From IMG/VR virus record IMGVR_UViG_3300044952_000182, positions 1,578 through 65,577 of that record: a DNA stretch of 64,000 bases; one strand, 5' to 3'. Numbering within the stretch: the stretch's first letter is position 1; each line of letters starts with the position of its first letter. Below, in pieces: positions 34,922 to 44,667 of the stretch. The translations under genes and the position numbers were made by a program. The DNA is from a virus. The notes under the pieces are model-generated. The model was given only the letters and a program-made list of their open reading frames with translations. It was not told where the DNA came from and ran no database searches.

Positions 34922-35157
34922 AATGCTTCTATCTCTTGTTTTACTTCAGCCCAATAGTCTTTCATTCCATATTTTGCACCACTATATTTTTCAATATTTC
35001 TTATTGAGGCATCATATATTGAATTAAAACTTTCAATTAATTCATCTACTGCTATTAACGCACATTGTTTAGAATTATTCCATGCATTATTTTCAAGGTA
35101 ATGCTGCAATTCCATAAACTTTTGATTTAAGTCCCATGCTTTTTCTTTTGGTGTCAT
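34918..35157 (-). CDS. small protein, tandem paralog B
   Basis: MTPKEKAWDLNQKFMEL...CALIAVDELI. Confidence 0.4.
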   Translation of the reverse strand: MTPKEKAWDLNQKFMELQHYLENNAWNNSKQCALIAVDELIESFNSIYDASIRNIEKYSGAKYGMKDYWAEVKQEIEAL

Positions 35158-35780
35158 ATGTCCATTCCTTTAATTGGTTCAGCAGATTCTTTGATAGTCT
35201 TACCCTCTCTTATCAACTCAATGAATGGTTCAAATGACCTCTGGTTGAGATAGGTGAGACTGTTCTGCATAAATGTAAGTCTATTGACTTTTGTCTTAAT
35301 TGAATTCTCTTTCTTCTGCAGTATTTCGTATTCTAATGCAGCTATGAGCTCTGTAGGTTTGTACTCGCCTTCTTCAACAATGCTGTTGAATTTGACTTTA
35401 CACTCATCTTTCTTTACACGCATACCACGTGTACCTGTAAATGATTGACTCTTATATGTGAAGGTGTCAGTACCTGGGTACATCATCCACCACTTATCAA
35501 AGTCTGAATCTGTTTTCTTCTTCTTAACTATCTTAGGTTGCTCTATCTTCTCATTAAGAAAAGACAAAACTTCATTACCTATGATAGTTATCTTATTTGA
35601 CTCTGACAATAGACCTTTTCTGCGTACAGTTTGATAGAGCATTTTCATCTTACTATCATCTGTACACATTTCGTCTACATCATTGCCTTCTTGAACAAGT
35701 GTTATGAAGCATAACATGTCTAAGCTGTAGCCAGCTTTAGTCAGCTCCTTAAAATGGGAGAACGTTAGCGTGAGGTTCAT
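35154..35780 (-). CDS. hypothetical protein
   Basis: 208-aa ORF. Confidence 0.45.
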   Translation of the reverse strand: MNLTLTFSHFKELTKAGYSLDMLCFITLVQEGNDVDEMCTDDSKMKMLYQTVRRKGLLSESNKITIIGNEVLSFLNEKIEQPKIVKKKKTDSDFDKWWMMYPGTDTFTYKSQSFTGTRGMRVKKDECKVKFNSIVEEGEYKPTELIAALEYEILQKKENSIKTKVNRLTFMQNSLTYLNQRSFEPFIELIREGKTIKESAEPIKGMDI

Positions 35781-35967
35781 TATGTTTCTCTAGGATTTTG
35801 TCTGTGTCTATTACTTCAATACGAGCAGGTTGCTTCTGATTTAATTCTCTCTGAATTGCTTCGTTCCACTCCTGTCCCTGTTCATGCAAATATATGAAAT
35901 CCTTGAGATATTCTCTCTCCCAATCCTCAATTATTTTTAGGTTTTTCATCTTTTTTATATTGTTCAT
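35749..35967 (-). CDS. hypothetical protein
   Basis: 72-aa ORF. Confidence 0.35.
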   Translation of the reverse strand: MNNIKKMKNLKIIEDWEREYLKDFIYLHEQGQEWNEAIQRELNQKQPARIEVIDTDKILEKHNEPHANVLPF

Positions 35968-36161
35968 TGTTCCAAAAATAAGAACAACTTAATGTTGCAA
36001 CACCAAGATTTGCTTGATGTTCATCAAACATAAAATTTAATTTATATGGAGGGTCTGAGAAATAACTTTGTCCTATCTCTTCAGGTTTTACTGTATATCT
36101 GTGGCAGTTCAGTCTTAATAGACAACTACCACCTTGGCAACATGAAATGTCTGGCATAATG
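35927..36161 (-). CDS. small Cys-rich protein with SDPPY motif (possible methyltransferase remnant)
   Basis: Trimmed to MPDISCCQGG...; contains SYFSDPPYKL, which resembles the DPPY catalytic motif IV of N6A/N4C DNA methyltransferases, but the protein is only ~78 aa. Confidence 0.3.
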
Positions 36162-36216
36162 TTTAATTTTATTTGTTTTGGATATGTTATCGCATATATA
36201 CAGATATATACGTATA

Positions 36217-36777
36217 TTATTCTGCTGCATAACCAAAGAATATCCACTCACCATCTCTTTCATTAGTGGCTTTCTTGTATGTTATTTTAGCTACTGTCTT
36301 ATTAGCTTTATCAAGAACCTTCTCCATTGTTATATATGTAGACTCTTGTGTCTTTTCTGTATGTACTCTTGCTTTGGTAACAGCTTCACCTTTAGTGAGA
36401 TATGCACCAATAAATGTATCATAATTAGCAAATACAAAATACTTAAGTATCCACTTCTTGGTACCAGGTGTTACAATGTGCTCCACTTGTGACTTAGTCT
36501 TGTTCTTATTACCAACAGGTTGTCTAACACATATAGCTGAACAATCACGTTTATTCATAGCATGACTATCAAATCTGTCACGTATGTAAGTAGATACATC
36601 ATTAAACTTACTTTTATTATATGCTTCTGTTTCATCTCTAAATCCATGAGTAGTACTGATTGTACCATTATAGCCATCTTGATGACCATATTCATTTTCA
36701 GCTATTTCACAAATTCTTTTATATGCTTCATCTGCTGTTTTACCACTACTTCTTTCTTTAAATTGACATGCTCCCAT
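36217..36777 (-). CDS. hypothetical protein
   Basis: 186-aa ORF. Confidence 0.45.
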   Translation of the reverse strand: MGACQFKERSSGKTADEAYKRICEIAENEYGHQDGYNGTISTTHGFRDETEAYNKSKFNDVSTYIRDRFDSHAMNKRDCSAICVRQPVGNKNKTKSQVEHIVTPGTKKWILKYFVFANYDTFIGAYLTKGEAVTKARVHTEKTQESTYITMEKVLDKANKTVAKITYKKATNERDGEWIFFGYAAE

Positions 36778-36788
36778 AATTGTGTGTT

Positions 36789-37043
36789 TTAATCTTTAAT
36801 ACGTAATCCAAATTCTAAATCAAACCATTGAAAGTTTGCTTCAGCCCTTGCTTTGTTTATTTTAAATACCTTTTTCATTAATGGTATAGCGTATGCTTTG
36901 AACTCCTCATGTTGTTCTTGAGTCATAGTCCATTTGCTGTACCACTCTTTTGTCATATATGCTTCTTGCATAGACTTACCAACCATACCTAATTGATAAT
37001 CAACTAGATGATTTCCTATATTTTCTCTATTTATCTTTGCCAT
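36789..37043 (-). CDS. hypothetical protein
   Basis: 84-aa ORF. Confidence 0.4.
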   Translation of the reverse strand: MAKINRENIGNHLVDYQLGMVGKSMQEAYMTKEWYSKWTMTQEQHEEFKAYAIPLMKKVFKINKARAEANFQWFDLEFGLRIKD

Positions 37044-37231
37044 TAGAATGTGTCTATAAGTTTAATAATTTCATCGTAGTCATACGTATCTCCTTCTTGT
37101 TGTGCTTTCATTAATAGCTTTGCAGCCACTTTACCACATTTCTTAGCTACATCTATACCTGTATATGGATCTTGTCCTATAATTGGTAGGAATTCCAATA
37201 CTAATTCTGCTGCTTTATGTTTATTGTCCAT
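37043..37231 (-). CDS. hypothetical protein
   Basis: 62-aa ORF coupled to polB. Confidence 0.35.
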   Translation of the reverse strand: MDNKHKAAELVLEFLPIIGQDPYTGIDVAKKCGKVAAKLLMKAQQEGDTYDYDEIIKLIDTF

Positions 37232-39183
37232 TAGAATAAATTTAATTGATTTGGGTTAATAATAATTTTACGTTTTCTACCTTCATACTGTATTTTGTGC
37301 ATGATTCTCTCAGCACGTTCTATATAATATGCATGATTGATGTTATCCAAAGGATGATCTGGTAATAGATGATTACATACTTTCATCACCCATTCACCTG
37401 CTTCAACTTGTGATACATCAACAGCTGTGCTATCTGAATTCTCATTCTTAACCTTCAATAACTTCTCACCTGTATTACTTACATAATATCTGATAAGTTT
37501 ATTGTAGACTGTTCTGTTTTCTTTCGAGTGGCCTTCGTAGTGAAAGTCTTTACTAGCTTTCTGCCTGAGACAATAGTCATAAATATTTGTGTGATTACAA
37601 ATAGTGGTAGCCACAGGCACATCATTAACAAAAAACTGCTCCAGTGCAATAGGTACAATCCTAGCACTCTTATTTTTGTGTAACTCAAAGTCAGTAAGGA
37701 AATCTCCTTTCTTTTTAATTTCTCCATTGGTTTTAATTGCTAAATAGTCATTTACTGTAGAGAATATAATCTTTTGATAATCAGTGCGTTCAAGCTCATA
37801 GCTAGTTATATTCATCCACCACTTGTTTATCTCATGCATCTTATCTATTAGTGATTTATTAACCATAATAGTTACACCATCTGTATTTGCAGATATAACA
37901 TGTATACCAGCTAATTCATATGCTTCGATGAGCATAAGAAGACTCAATTCACCTGTAATAGTTGTGAACATAGTTAGTTGTCTATCATAGATCCAAGACT
38001 GCATGTCACTACTTTTACCATACACAGAGTTAACTGCAAGCTTAAGAGCACCAACAATACCTGCTATCTTCTTATCCTTTTTAGCCATTGGTTTAAGTTC
38101 CAACCTTTTTTCAAACATTGCTTTATATCCAAGTAAGAATTCCTTACCCAGGTGACCAGGATATCTGCCATTGCTAATAATAATAGCAGGATAATAGCTA
38201 GACACATCCCAATCAATAATCTCATGATCCTCATCACATTCAAAAACCTTTGGTTTATTCTCTGTATGAAGACCTCCCTTTGCAAACGTGTAGGTATTTT
38301 CATAAAACACTAATGATTCTTTGAATTCATCCTTCATTGTTAAACGCTCCTTACTAACCTTCTTTAAGAATGCTTGTAGCTCTGGTGTCTGGAATGATAT
38401 GTAATCAGCAATACAATCTCTCACCTTTACCTCTGTTCTAAACAATCCTTTCTTTGGTAAATCAGAGTATTGTATACCTTTCTCCTGACAGTAGTATTTC
38501 TTAATCATCTCATCACCTATCTTACTATCTGAATAGTTTAAGCATGGTATGCCAAACTCTTCGTATATATCTTGTCTAAGCTCTATCTGATTGTTACCCT
38601 TGTATAGTGGATGGTTAGTGTTACCTGTTGTTACCTTATAGAATTCATACGTAGCCATAACATCATTACGACAGTAGTCTATTGTTATAGATATATCATC
38701 CTGAGTCATGTTCTCTTTAGTATGATGGATGGGCATCTCTTCAATGTTCTCCAGATCCATCTCAAACTCTAACCTTTTTAGTGAGACCATTCTATTCTTG
38801 TTATCATAATGATTAATCTTGAATAGGTCTAACTGTTTTAGTGATAACCATTCCTCTCTATATTCAGGGAATACATCATAATTAGCATCATGTATTGTGT
38901 CTGCAGCCTTCTGTGCTACGATAGCACATATCTCTAGCCCACTCAACTCATGCCAATTCTCATAGTTTCTAATTATATGCTCAACAACCTGACTATCAAA
39001 GCGTAAGTTATTGTAGCCCACCCAATAATGCTCATCGTGTTGTTCAGTGAATCTCATGAATCCATCTAATTGATTGGTCCACCTACTCACTTGAAACTCG
39101 TATGTTACATCACTCTCTGGATTGTATATAACAATAAGAAACAGTTCTTTCAGTGTTTCAATATCATAGATGAGTACGTTCAT
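37231..39183 (-). CDS. family B DNA polymerase (compact, with 3-prime-5-prime exonuclease)
   Basis: Exo I YDIETL; exo II-like GYNNLRFDSQV; Pol motif A DVSSYYPAIIISNG (DxxSLYPS); motif B KLAVNSVYGKSS (KxxxNSxYG); motif C SANTDGV (YGDTDS). Confidence 0.8.
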   Translation of the reverse strand: MNVLIYDIETLKELFLIVIYNPESDVTYEFQVSRWTNQLDGFMRFTEQHDEHYWVGYNNLRFDSQVVEHIIRNYENWHELSGLEICAIVAQKAADTIHDANYDVFPEYREEWLSLKQLDLFKINHYDNKNRMVSLKRLEFEMDLENIEEMPIHHTKENMTQDDISITIDYCRNDVMATYEFYKVTTGNTNHPLYKGNNQIELRQDIYEEFGIPCLNYSDSKIGDEMIKKYYCQEKGIQYSDLPKKGLFRTEVKVRDCIADYISFQTPELQAFLKKVSKERLTMKDEFKESLVFYENTYTFAKGGLHTENKPKVFECDEDHEIIDWDVSSYYPAIIISNGRYPGHLGKEFLLGYKAMFEKRLELKPMAKKDKKIAGIVGALKLAVNSVYGKSSDMQSWIYDRQLTMFTTITGELSLLMLIEAYELAGIHVISANTDGVTIMVNKSLIDKMHEINKWWMNITSYELERTDYQKIIFSTVNDYLAIKTNGEIKKKGDFLTDFELHKNKSARIVPIALEQFFVNDVPVATTICNHTNIYDYCLRQKASKDFHYEGHSKENRTVYNKLIRYYVSNTGEKLLKVKNENSDSTAVDVSQVEAGEWVMKVCNHLLPDHPLDNINHAYYIERAERIMHKIQYEGRKRKIIINPNQLNLF

Positions 39184-39306
39184 ATAATTCTATTAATTGT
39201 TCAACTTTTAAATACACAGTGGGAAATTGTGCTGGTTTGTACCATTTATCATCTTTATACCTAACATAATTGTTTTCTGTTATCCATTCTAATAAACTTA
39301 ACATAA

Positions 39307-39540
39307 TTAAAATGTTATTTGTGGTGTAACAAAACTGAATTTTATAGGCTCACCTAATTCATAAATTTTAATCTTATCCTTAGCATCTAAATATGTATCA
39401 GGATTTTCATTGAAATCATTAATTATGTCCTTTTTTGTACCTACTACCCATGCTTCTGTATTTTCATACATTACAACATATTGTTTTTGTTTAGCTGTTG
39501 ATAGTTCTTTAACTAAGTGAGCTGGTGTTTTCTTTCTCAT
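39307..39540 (-). CDS. hypothetical protein
   Basis: 77-aa ORF. Confidence 0.35.
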   Translation of the reverse strand: MRKKTPAHLVKELSTAKQKQYVVMYENTEAWVVGTKKDIINDFNENPDTYLDAKDKIKIYELGEPIKFSFVTPQITF

Positions 39541-39717
39541 ATGTTATTTGTTTTGGTTATTTACATATTCTTTTATTTCTTGTGCGGACATTGGTGGCTT
39601 ACCTTCTAATTCTTTTGATAACAAATAGTTATTTTCACTTATTTCATCCAAATCAGTTCTTTCAATTTCTTCAAATGTTTTAACAATTGGGAATAATAAA
39701 TCAAATAGTTTCATAGT

Positions 39718-39966
39718 TTATTTGTTTTGGTTATAGGTTTGGTTGTAGTATTTTTCTGCTTCTATATCTGTTGCACCACCAATATAATTACAAGATTTCG
39801 CTGCATTTATTATTTGCTCCTTTTCTTTTTCAAGTAAATGATTAGATATATAAATAGCTAAATCTATTCCTTGTTTAAACATTCTATCTTCTATATGGTC
39901 GTCTTTGGTAATAAAATTTGATTCTATTTTAAGTTTATCAATTAACTCTTGCATTGCTGTTTTCAT
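39718..39966 (-). CDS. hypothetical protein
   Basis: 82-aa ORF. Confidence 0.35.
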   Translation of the reverse strand: MKTAMQELIDKLKIESNFITKDDHIEDRMFKQGIDLAIYISNHLLEKEKEQIINAAKSCNYIGGATDIEAEKYYNQTYNQNK

Positions 39967-40175
39967 GCTGCTTTGTTTTTATCTTTATGTATACCATACT
40001 TCTTCAACCTAAATTCTAATGCAGATTGTTTATTATTAAGTTTGTCTCTTGTTTTATCAGTAAGGTTTAACTTACTAGTTTCTATTTCAAAATCAAACTT
40101 ATCATCATATGATAATGTATCTCTATGTTTTTTAATAGCTATCATTATGTCTATTTCTGATATATATGTCTCCAT
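39963..40175 (-). CDS. hypothetical protein
   Basis: 70-aa ORF. Confidence 0.35.
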   Translation of the reverse strand: METYISEIDIMIAIKKHRDTLSYDDKFDFEIETSKLNLTDKTRDKLNNKQSALEFRLKKYGIHKDKNKAA

Positions 40176-40286
40176 TATTTATATGTTTTAATGTATGCTT
40201 TGATGCACCATTTGATCATGTCCCAAATGTAATACCTCTGTTTTGATTTAGGAAGCTTATGTAAGCTCTCATAATAACTAAAATAT

Positions 40287-40793
40287 TCATTCATAATTGT
40301 TTACAATTTCTTTGATAAAATCTTTTGTCTGTTGGTCAGTCATATTGTTCTTCATATAGTTAATAGATGTAGAAACAAACTGTACATTACCTTTAATGTA
40401 TCCTTTAGATGAATCAATTCTATCTAATGAAGCAAGATATCTGTGATCGTTGTTTCTTTGTTTACGTTTAGCTACATATAATTTAACTCTAGTATATGGA
40501 CATGTACCTTTTTGTTTATTCCAAAGTTTAGATAAATATTCAGTATCTATATTCACTTCTAAATTTGCTTTTTCTCTTTTTCTTAAATTTGCTGTATGAA
40601 CATAACTATGAAAAGGTATTGCTGGTTTTCTATTACCTAAGCCAGTAGGACCAAAGTTAGGAATAGATACTTGCCCTACACATTTTGTAGAACAACATAC
40701 TCTCCAACCTTTTCTTATTCCATTATCATACTGACTTTTTTCTCTTTGAAATGTAATACTACAATTAGAACAAACTATATCTATTTTTGCCAT
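40287..40793 (-). CDS. HNH endonuclease (homing-endonuclease-like)
   Basis: N-terminal Cys cluster CSNCSITF; SLDRIDSSKGYIKGNVQFVS matches the HNH motif (sLDRid..kgY...Nv.wv). Confidence 0.6.
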   Translation of the reverse strand: MAKIDIVCSNCSITFQREKSQYDNGIRKGWRVCCSTKCVGQVSIPNFGPTGLGNRKPAIPFHSYVHTANLRKREKANLEVNIDTEYLSKLWNKQKGTCPYTRVKLYVAKRKQRNNDHRYLASLDRIDSSKGYIKGNVQFVSTSINYMKNNMTDQQTKDFIKEIVNNYE

Positions 40794-40834
40794 AATGTGT
40801 AATTTAATGCACTAAATTAGAAATATATTATTTT

Positions 40835-41113
40835 TTAGCCCTTTTTTACTGCTTTTGCAGGCTTTTTAGGCACTGTATTGCTCTTTTTAGAACTATATTT
40901 CTCTCTATTGAATTGTAATTCATGAGCAGCAATAGCTGTAGCAACAGCTAATATTTGTTGTACATCTTTTCCATCTTTATTTTCATCAAGAATAAGTGTT
41001 GCAAATGCTGCAGATATAATATTCTTATCACCTGAGCAATTTACATCTAATTCACCATTACAGATACTCATAAAGAAATACCCATCAATCTTTGTTTTTT
41101 TACTTGTTGCCAT
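40835..41113 (-). CDS. hypothetical protein
   Basis: 92-aa ORF. Confidence 0.4.
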   Translation of the reverse strand: MATSKKTKIDGYFFMSICNGELDVNCSGDKNIISAAFATLILDENKDGKDVQQILAVATAIAAHELQFNREKYSSKKSNTVPKKPAKAVKKG

Positions 41114-41227
41114 GTTGTTGTTTTTTCTTTTTAATTATGTTACCATCTCTATCCATGAATGGAGCCCTATGAATTTCATAGGACATCCATGCAAAGATTG
41201 ATAGTAACACAAATATAACTAAATATA

Positions 41228-41476
41228 TCATTTGTCAAAGTTTTTAACTCTGATTAGTAACTGATATGTGTCAGAACTGATGTACATATATTTGCGTCCT
41301 TTAATGTGTAAACGTTTAGATGGTGTGTAATGTGCTTTGGTAGCAAATATAGCATCTATTAGTTTAGAGCACGCTTTAAGTCCCCTAACATAAGGAGAAT
41401 CTTGTTGGTTTGGTTCGTAAACCTGGATTGTATGTGTGCAATGTGGTTTTGCACTGTAGACTAGGCTGTAAGACAT
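41228..41476 (-). CDS. hypothetical protein
   Basis: 82-aa ORF. Confidence 0.35.
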   Translation of the reverse strand: MSYSLVYSAKPHCTHTIQVYEPNQQDSPYVRGLKACSKLIDAIFATKAHYTPSKRLHIKGRKYMYISSDTYQLLIRVKNFDK

Positions 41477-41494
41477 GATGTGTTAGTTTATTAG

Positions 41495-41782
41495 TTAGAA
41501 ATAGAATGTCATACCTTGATCAGATATCTCTATCTTGGTTGGTCTACTACTAATTGTGTGTTTCTTACCTTCCACTACTGTTTTAGTACGCACAGTGTTG
41601 GTGATAACAGGCTCCACTTTTATCTGCTTACGCATAATCAATAGTTTAGCATACACCCCACCAAATGTTCTGTTGAACTGTTTAGCTAGTCTTTTAGCTA
41701 ATCTAGTTGTTGAAATAGGCTTCTTAGCCATTTCTTGCATTGTTGATAACTCTGCTTGAGAGTACATTTTCATGTTTTTCAT
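41495..41782 (-). CDS. hypothetical basic protein
   Basis: 95-aa ORF. Confidence 0.4.
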   Translation of the reverse strand: MKNMKMYSQAELSTMQEMAKKPISTTRLAKRLAKQFNRTFGGVYAKLLIMRKQIKVEPVITNTVRTKTVVEGKKHTISSRPTKIEISDQGMTFYF

Positions 41783-41786
41783 GTGC

Positions 41787-42119
41787 TTATTTTTTGTTTT
41801 TGTTTTTAAAATGTCTACTAGCTTCTTGCTGTCTAATCACCTGCTTTGGTATATCATTAACCCAATTAGGTATACTATCTAACATCTCTGCTATCTTTTT
41901 TGAAATAGGACTCATTGGTTTAAGTGGTAATGGTACTTTGTTGGAACTAAATCTACCTGTATCCACTCCATCTTTATATCTTTTGTCTATGGCTCTTTGG
42001 CCTGGTTTAAGTATAGTGCTATATATTATACCACTCTTTATTCTTCTTCTCATAACAATGGGTTTAAGAAAAGCCCCACATTTCTGCAGGGCTTTCTCGT
42101 TTACTAACCACACACACAT
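41787..42119 (-). CDS. hypothetical protein
   Basis: 110-aa ORF. Confidence 0.4.
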   Translation of the reverse strand: MCVWLVNEKALQKCGAFLKPIVMRRRIKSGIIYSTILKPGQRAIDKRYKDGVDTGRFSSNKVPLPLKPMSPISKKIAEMLDSIPNWVNDIPKQVIRQQEASRHFKNKNKK

Positions 42120-42404
42120 CTAACCTAATCTCTTATTATTTAAATCATAAATCAATTTATACCATTCATTTTCATCTAATTGCTCATCAGGTGTAGCAGT
42201 AGACATAAGCTTTATCTCAAGCTTTAATGGTTGTTGTTCAGGCTTTTTATCTTCAAATAAAATTTCATATAACTTCTTCATCTCTTTGGTTTTAAAGGGT
42301 TTATTAATCTGGGTCATTGTCTGTCTTGTCTTTAGGGTGATCGTGTGGCCATTCAGGATTGTCATAATCAGTGAGGTCATCCATATCATCAAAGTTTTCT
42401 TCAT
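42120..42404 (-). CDS. hypothetical protein
   Basis: ORF; the upstream part overlaps the acidic-protein ORF, so the true start is probably internal (MKKLYEILFED). Confidence 0.3.
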   Translation of the reverse strand: MKKTLMIWMTSLIMTILNGHTITLKTRQTMTQINKPFKTKEMKKLYEILFEDKKPEQQPLKLEIKLMSTATPDEQLDENEWYKLIYDLNNKRLG

Positions 42405-42942
42405 CTTCTAATCTATCATCTTCAATAAACCCTGCACTATCATATTCTGGTTCATCATCCTCATCTACAAAGTCAGCTTGTTTAATCATCACCTTATTGG
42501 TGTCTTCATATAACAATGGCTCTCTAGTCTCATCATCTACCTCAAGGGCTATGAGACCATCATTATCACCATTCTCACCATATAACCAATCATTGATAAT
42601 CTTGGGACTAATGTCTTCCAATGTAGTGTGATCTGTCCATGTACCATCTTCATTCTCTTCAGCAAGGTTATCTTCCCACCAACCTATGTGCTCAGGACGT
42701 ACAAGTATTTCTTCTACATCATCAGGGTTGGTCATTGGTTGAATAATGAAGGGTTCAACTGGTGCACCACTAGTAGACATATATTCGTACATGTCATATG
42801 GTATTTCTTTTAATTCATATATGGTAAAATAGTTATATACTTTACCATAGACCACATCACTGTGATCTCTTTTAAACCACATACCTACTTCCAATTGCTT
42901 GGGCATATATGATTTAAATATAAGTTTTGCTAATATAAACAT
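42304..42942 (-). CDS. highly acidic Asp/Glu-rich protein (DNA-mimic anti-restriction candidate)
   Basis: The C-terminal ~120 aa are dominated by D/E (…FVDEDDEPEYDSAGFIEDDRLEDEENFDDMDDLTDYDNPEW…). Confidence 0.45.
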   Translation of the reverse strand: MFILAKLIFKSYMPKQLEVGMWFKRDHSDVVYGKVYNYFTIYELKEIPYDMYEYMSTSGAPVEPFIIQPMTNPDDVEEILVRPEHIGWWEDNLAEENEDGTWTDHTTLEDISPKIINDWLYGENGDNDGLIALEVDDETREPLLYEDTNKVMIKQADFVDEDDEPEYDSAGFIEDDRLEDEENFDDMDDLTDYDNPEWPHDHPKDKTDNDPD

Positions 42943-43027
42943 AATTGTTTGTTTTTGCAGCTAGAGGTGTAAATAAGGACCCTGCTAGGGGAAGCAGAGT
43001 CCTATTATCTAACACACATATTACCAA

Positions 43028-43219
43028 CTAGCCAATCTTTTTTGTGTTTTGTTTGTAATTGTAAACAAATAATGCTGCTAATGTATATCCTACAGAAGAT
43101 ACAAATGTAAGTATACTCCATCCAAGATTACTCTCTTCAAAAGTATATAATATCCATAGGATAAGAGTTGTCGTAATTAAAGTCATCATAATGGCCATAA
43201 ATAAATTAAATAGTTTCAT
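43028..43219 (-). CDS. small membrane protein
   Basis: Two TM segments. Confidence 0.35.
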   Translation of the reverse strand: MKLFNLFMAIMMTLITTTLILWILYTFEESNLGWSILTFVSSVGYTLAALFVYNYKQNTKKIG

Positions 43220-43223
43220 ATAA

Positions 43224-43445
43224 CTAATTGGTTTTGTGTGTTTTGTTCAATTTGTTTCCTATTATAATGAGAAATACGCTAAATACTGTTAATCCCACCC
43301 AACTCAATGCTATCCAATTAGGAAGATTTTGTTGTGGTTCATCATCAAATGTTGGTTCAGCCATTGTTAATAATACAACTGGCATAATTAAAACAATGAA
43401 CAAGCACCAGCCTGTCCATTCAATTCTGTTAAATAATTTGTTCAT
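43224..43445 (-). CDS. small membrane protein
   Basis: Two TM segments; preceded by the ATTAATAATGTGT motif at 43466-43478. Confidence 0.4.
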   Translation of the reverse strand: MNKLFNRIEWTGWCLFIVLIMPVVLLTMAEPTFDDEPQQNLPNWIALSWVGLTVFSVFLIIIGNKLNKTHKTN

Positions 43446-43567
43446 AAATGTGTGTTAAATGATTGATTAATAATGTGTTATAATATGTCTCCGACATGTA
43501 TGTCGTGAACATAAGAGCAAATATATATCGCCTTTGGCACGCTAAAGGCTAATAGCAGAGATATATA

Positions 43568-43909
43568 TTATTTTAATTCAAGAGGAATACCAGGATATCT
43601 ATGTATGTCCCAATATTCTGAGCCATCATATTCATGTCTATCCATCCAAATATCATTTGTGAACCATACTGTACCAAACAGCTGTTGACTACCATAACCT
43701 GAATCATAGTCAAAGTCAAGACTATTTAAGAACTCTGCAAGTTCAACAGGTGTATAACTCAGTTTGAGAATATGTGGCTTTGGTTTATAATCTTCATCAT
43801 TCCAATAACCATATGGTTCATGAGTAATAGTAGCACATCGTATTTGTGTACCATCTAACCATCTAGTAATTTGTTCTATTTTACCTAATAACTCTTCTTT
43901 AGCGTTCAT
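43568..43909 (-). CDS. hypothetical protein
   Basis: 113-aa ORF; a candidate terminator hairpin GCCTTTGGCACGCTAAAGGC lies downstream at 43522-43541. Confidence 0.45.
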   Translation of the reverse strand: MNAKEELLGKIEQITRWLDGTQIRCATITHEPYGYWNDEDYKPKPHILKLSYTPVELAEFLNSLDFDYDSGYGSQQLFGTVWFTNDIWMDRHEYDGSEYWDIHRYPGIPLELK

Positions 43910-44509
43910 AACTAATTGATTTTAAAGCGAATATATAGCCTAATGTTGCCTCAGCTTATATATTCTAATGTATTCATATGCAACAAATAATGTATTAGCA
44001 TAGGTTCTCAACTAATACTTGTAGCGTTTTCATCCACTATTATAATACTCTTGTACTCAATGTACGTATGACATATCTTTTTGTCAGAGCATTATATTCG
44101 TAGCTACATTAACAATAATAGATATAGTTACCACGTAGGATTAAATGTATTGTTATGCAAGGATTTCATAGCCCTTGAACCACTTTTGTGTCATAACCAT
44201 TATAATCTATCTACTGTAACCCTTATGTGTGACTCGCAACACATAAGCTATGAACTTCATCTATTAGAAATAATAACAAGGCATAGTCCACTTAAGGTAG
44301 GTATGAGCTGAATTGTTTTCCTTGTTATTATATAAAATCCCTCTGTACTCAGATGTAATGCTGAAAGGAACAACCTTTCTCTATTGCAATGTCTCTGTTA
44401 ATTGTTATAAACCTTTATGATTAGTGAGTACCATATCGAGTTTAACATACTGCATTACATAAATTGTATTACATCTGTCTATCCTTGGGAAATAGAAATA
44501 CAGAGGTTG

Positions 44510-44667
44510 TAGTGAGGACAGGATTTGAACCTGTATGTTATACCAAATGGTTAGGGTTATATTGCTTTCTTGCGTCCAAGAAATAATGTAGTAGTTCCCA
44601 TCTACGCCTCACCCTCTGTGTTTGATAGTATAACTCCATTAGCGTCTACCAATTCCGCCACCTCACT
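44510..44667 (-). tRNA. tRNA-like gene (type-II Leu-like D-arm) with a ~80-nt insertion between the anticodon-stem halves
   Basis: Minus strand: acceptor AGTGAGG…CCTCACT (perfect 7 bp) plus discriminator A; D-arm TGGCGGAATTGGTAGACGC identical to bacterial tRNA-Leu; T-arm ACAGG-TTCAAAT-CCTGT. Candidate anticodon stem AATGG…CCATT is separated by ~84 nt that contains its own hairpins. Confidence 0.4.

Noticed and set aside
36178-36492. Plus-strand ORFs embedded antisense in the minus-strand early block: 36178..36492, 36562..36792, 39070..39264, 41535..42123, 42371..42813 and others.
   Set aside because: They are antisense to longer, better-supported minus-strand genes, with Cys/Phe/Leu-rich translations typical of AT-rich antisense frames.
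44081-44311. ORF 44081..44311 (+) in the non-coding control region.
   Set aside because: Hydrophobic, low-complexity translation; it overlaps the 9-bp perfect hairpin and lacks promoter or RBS context. The region behaves as regulatory DNA.
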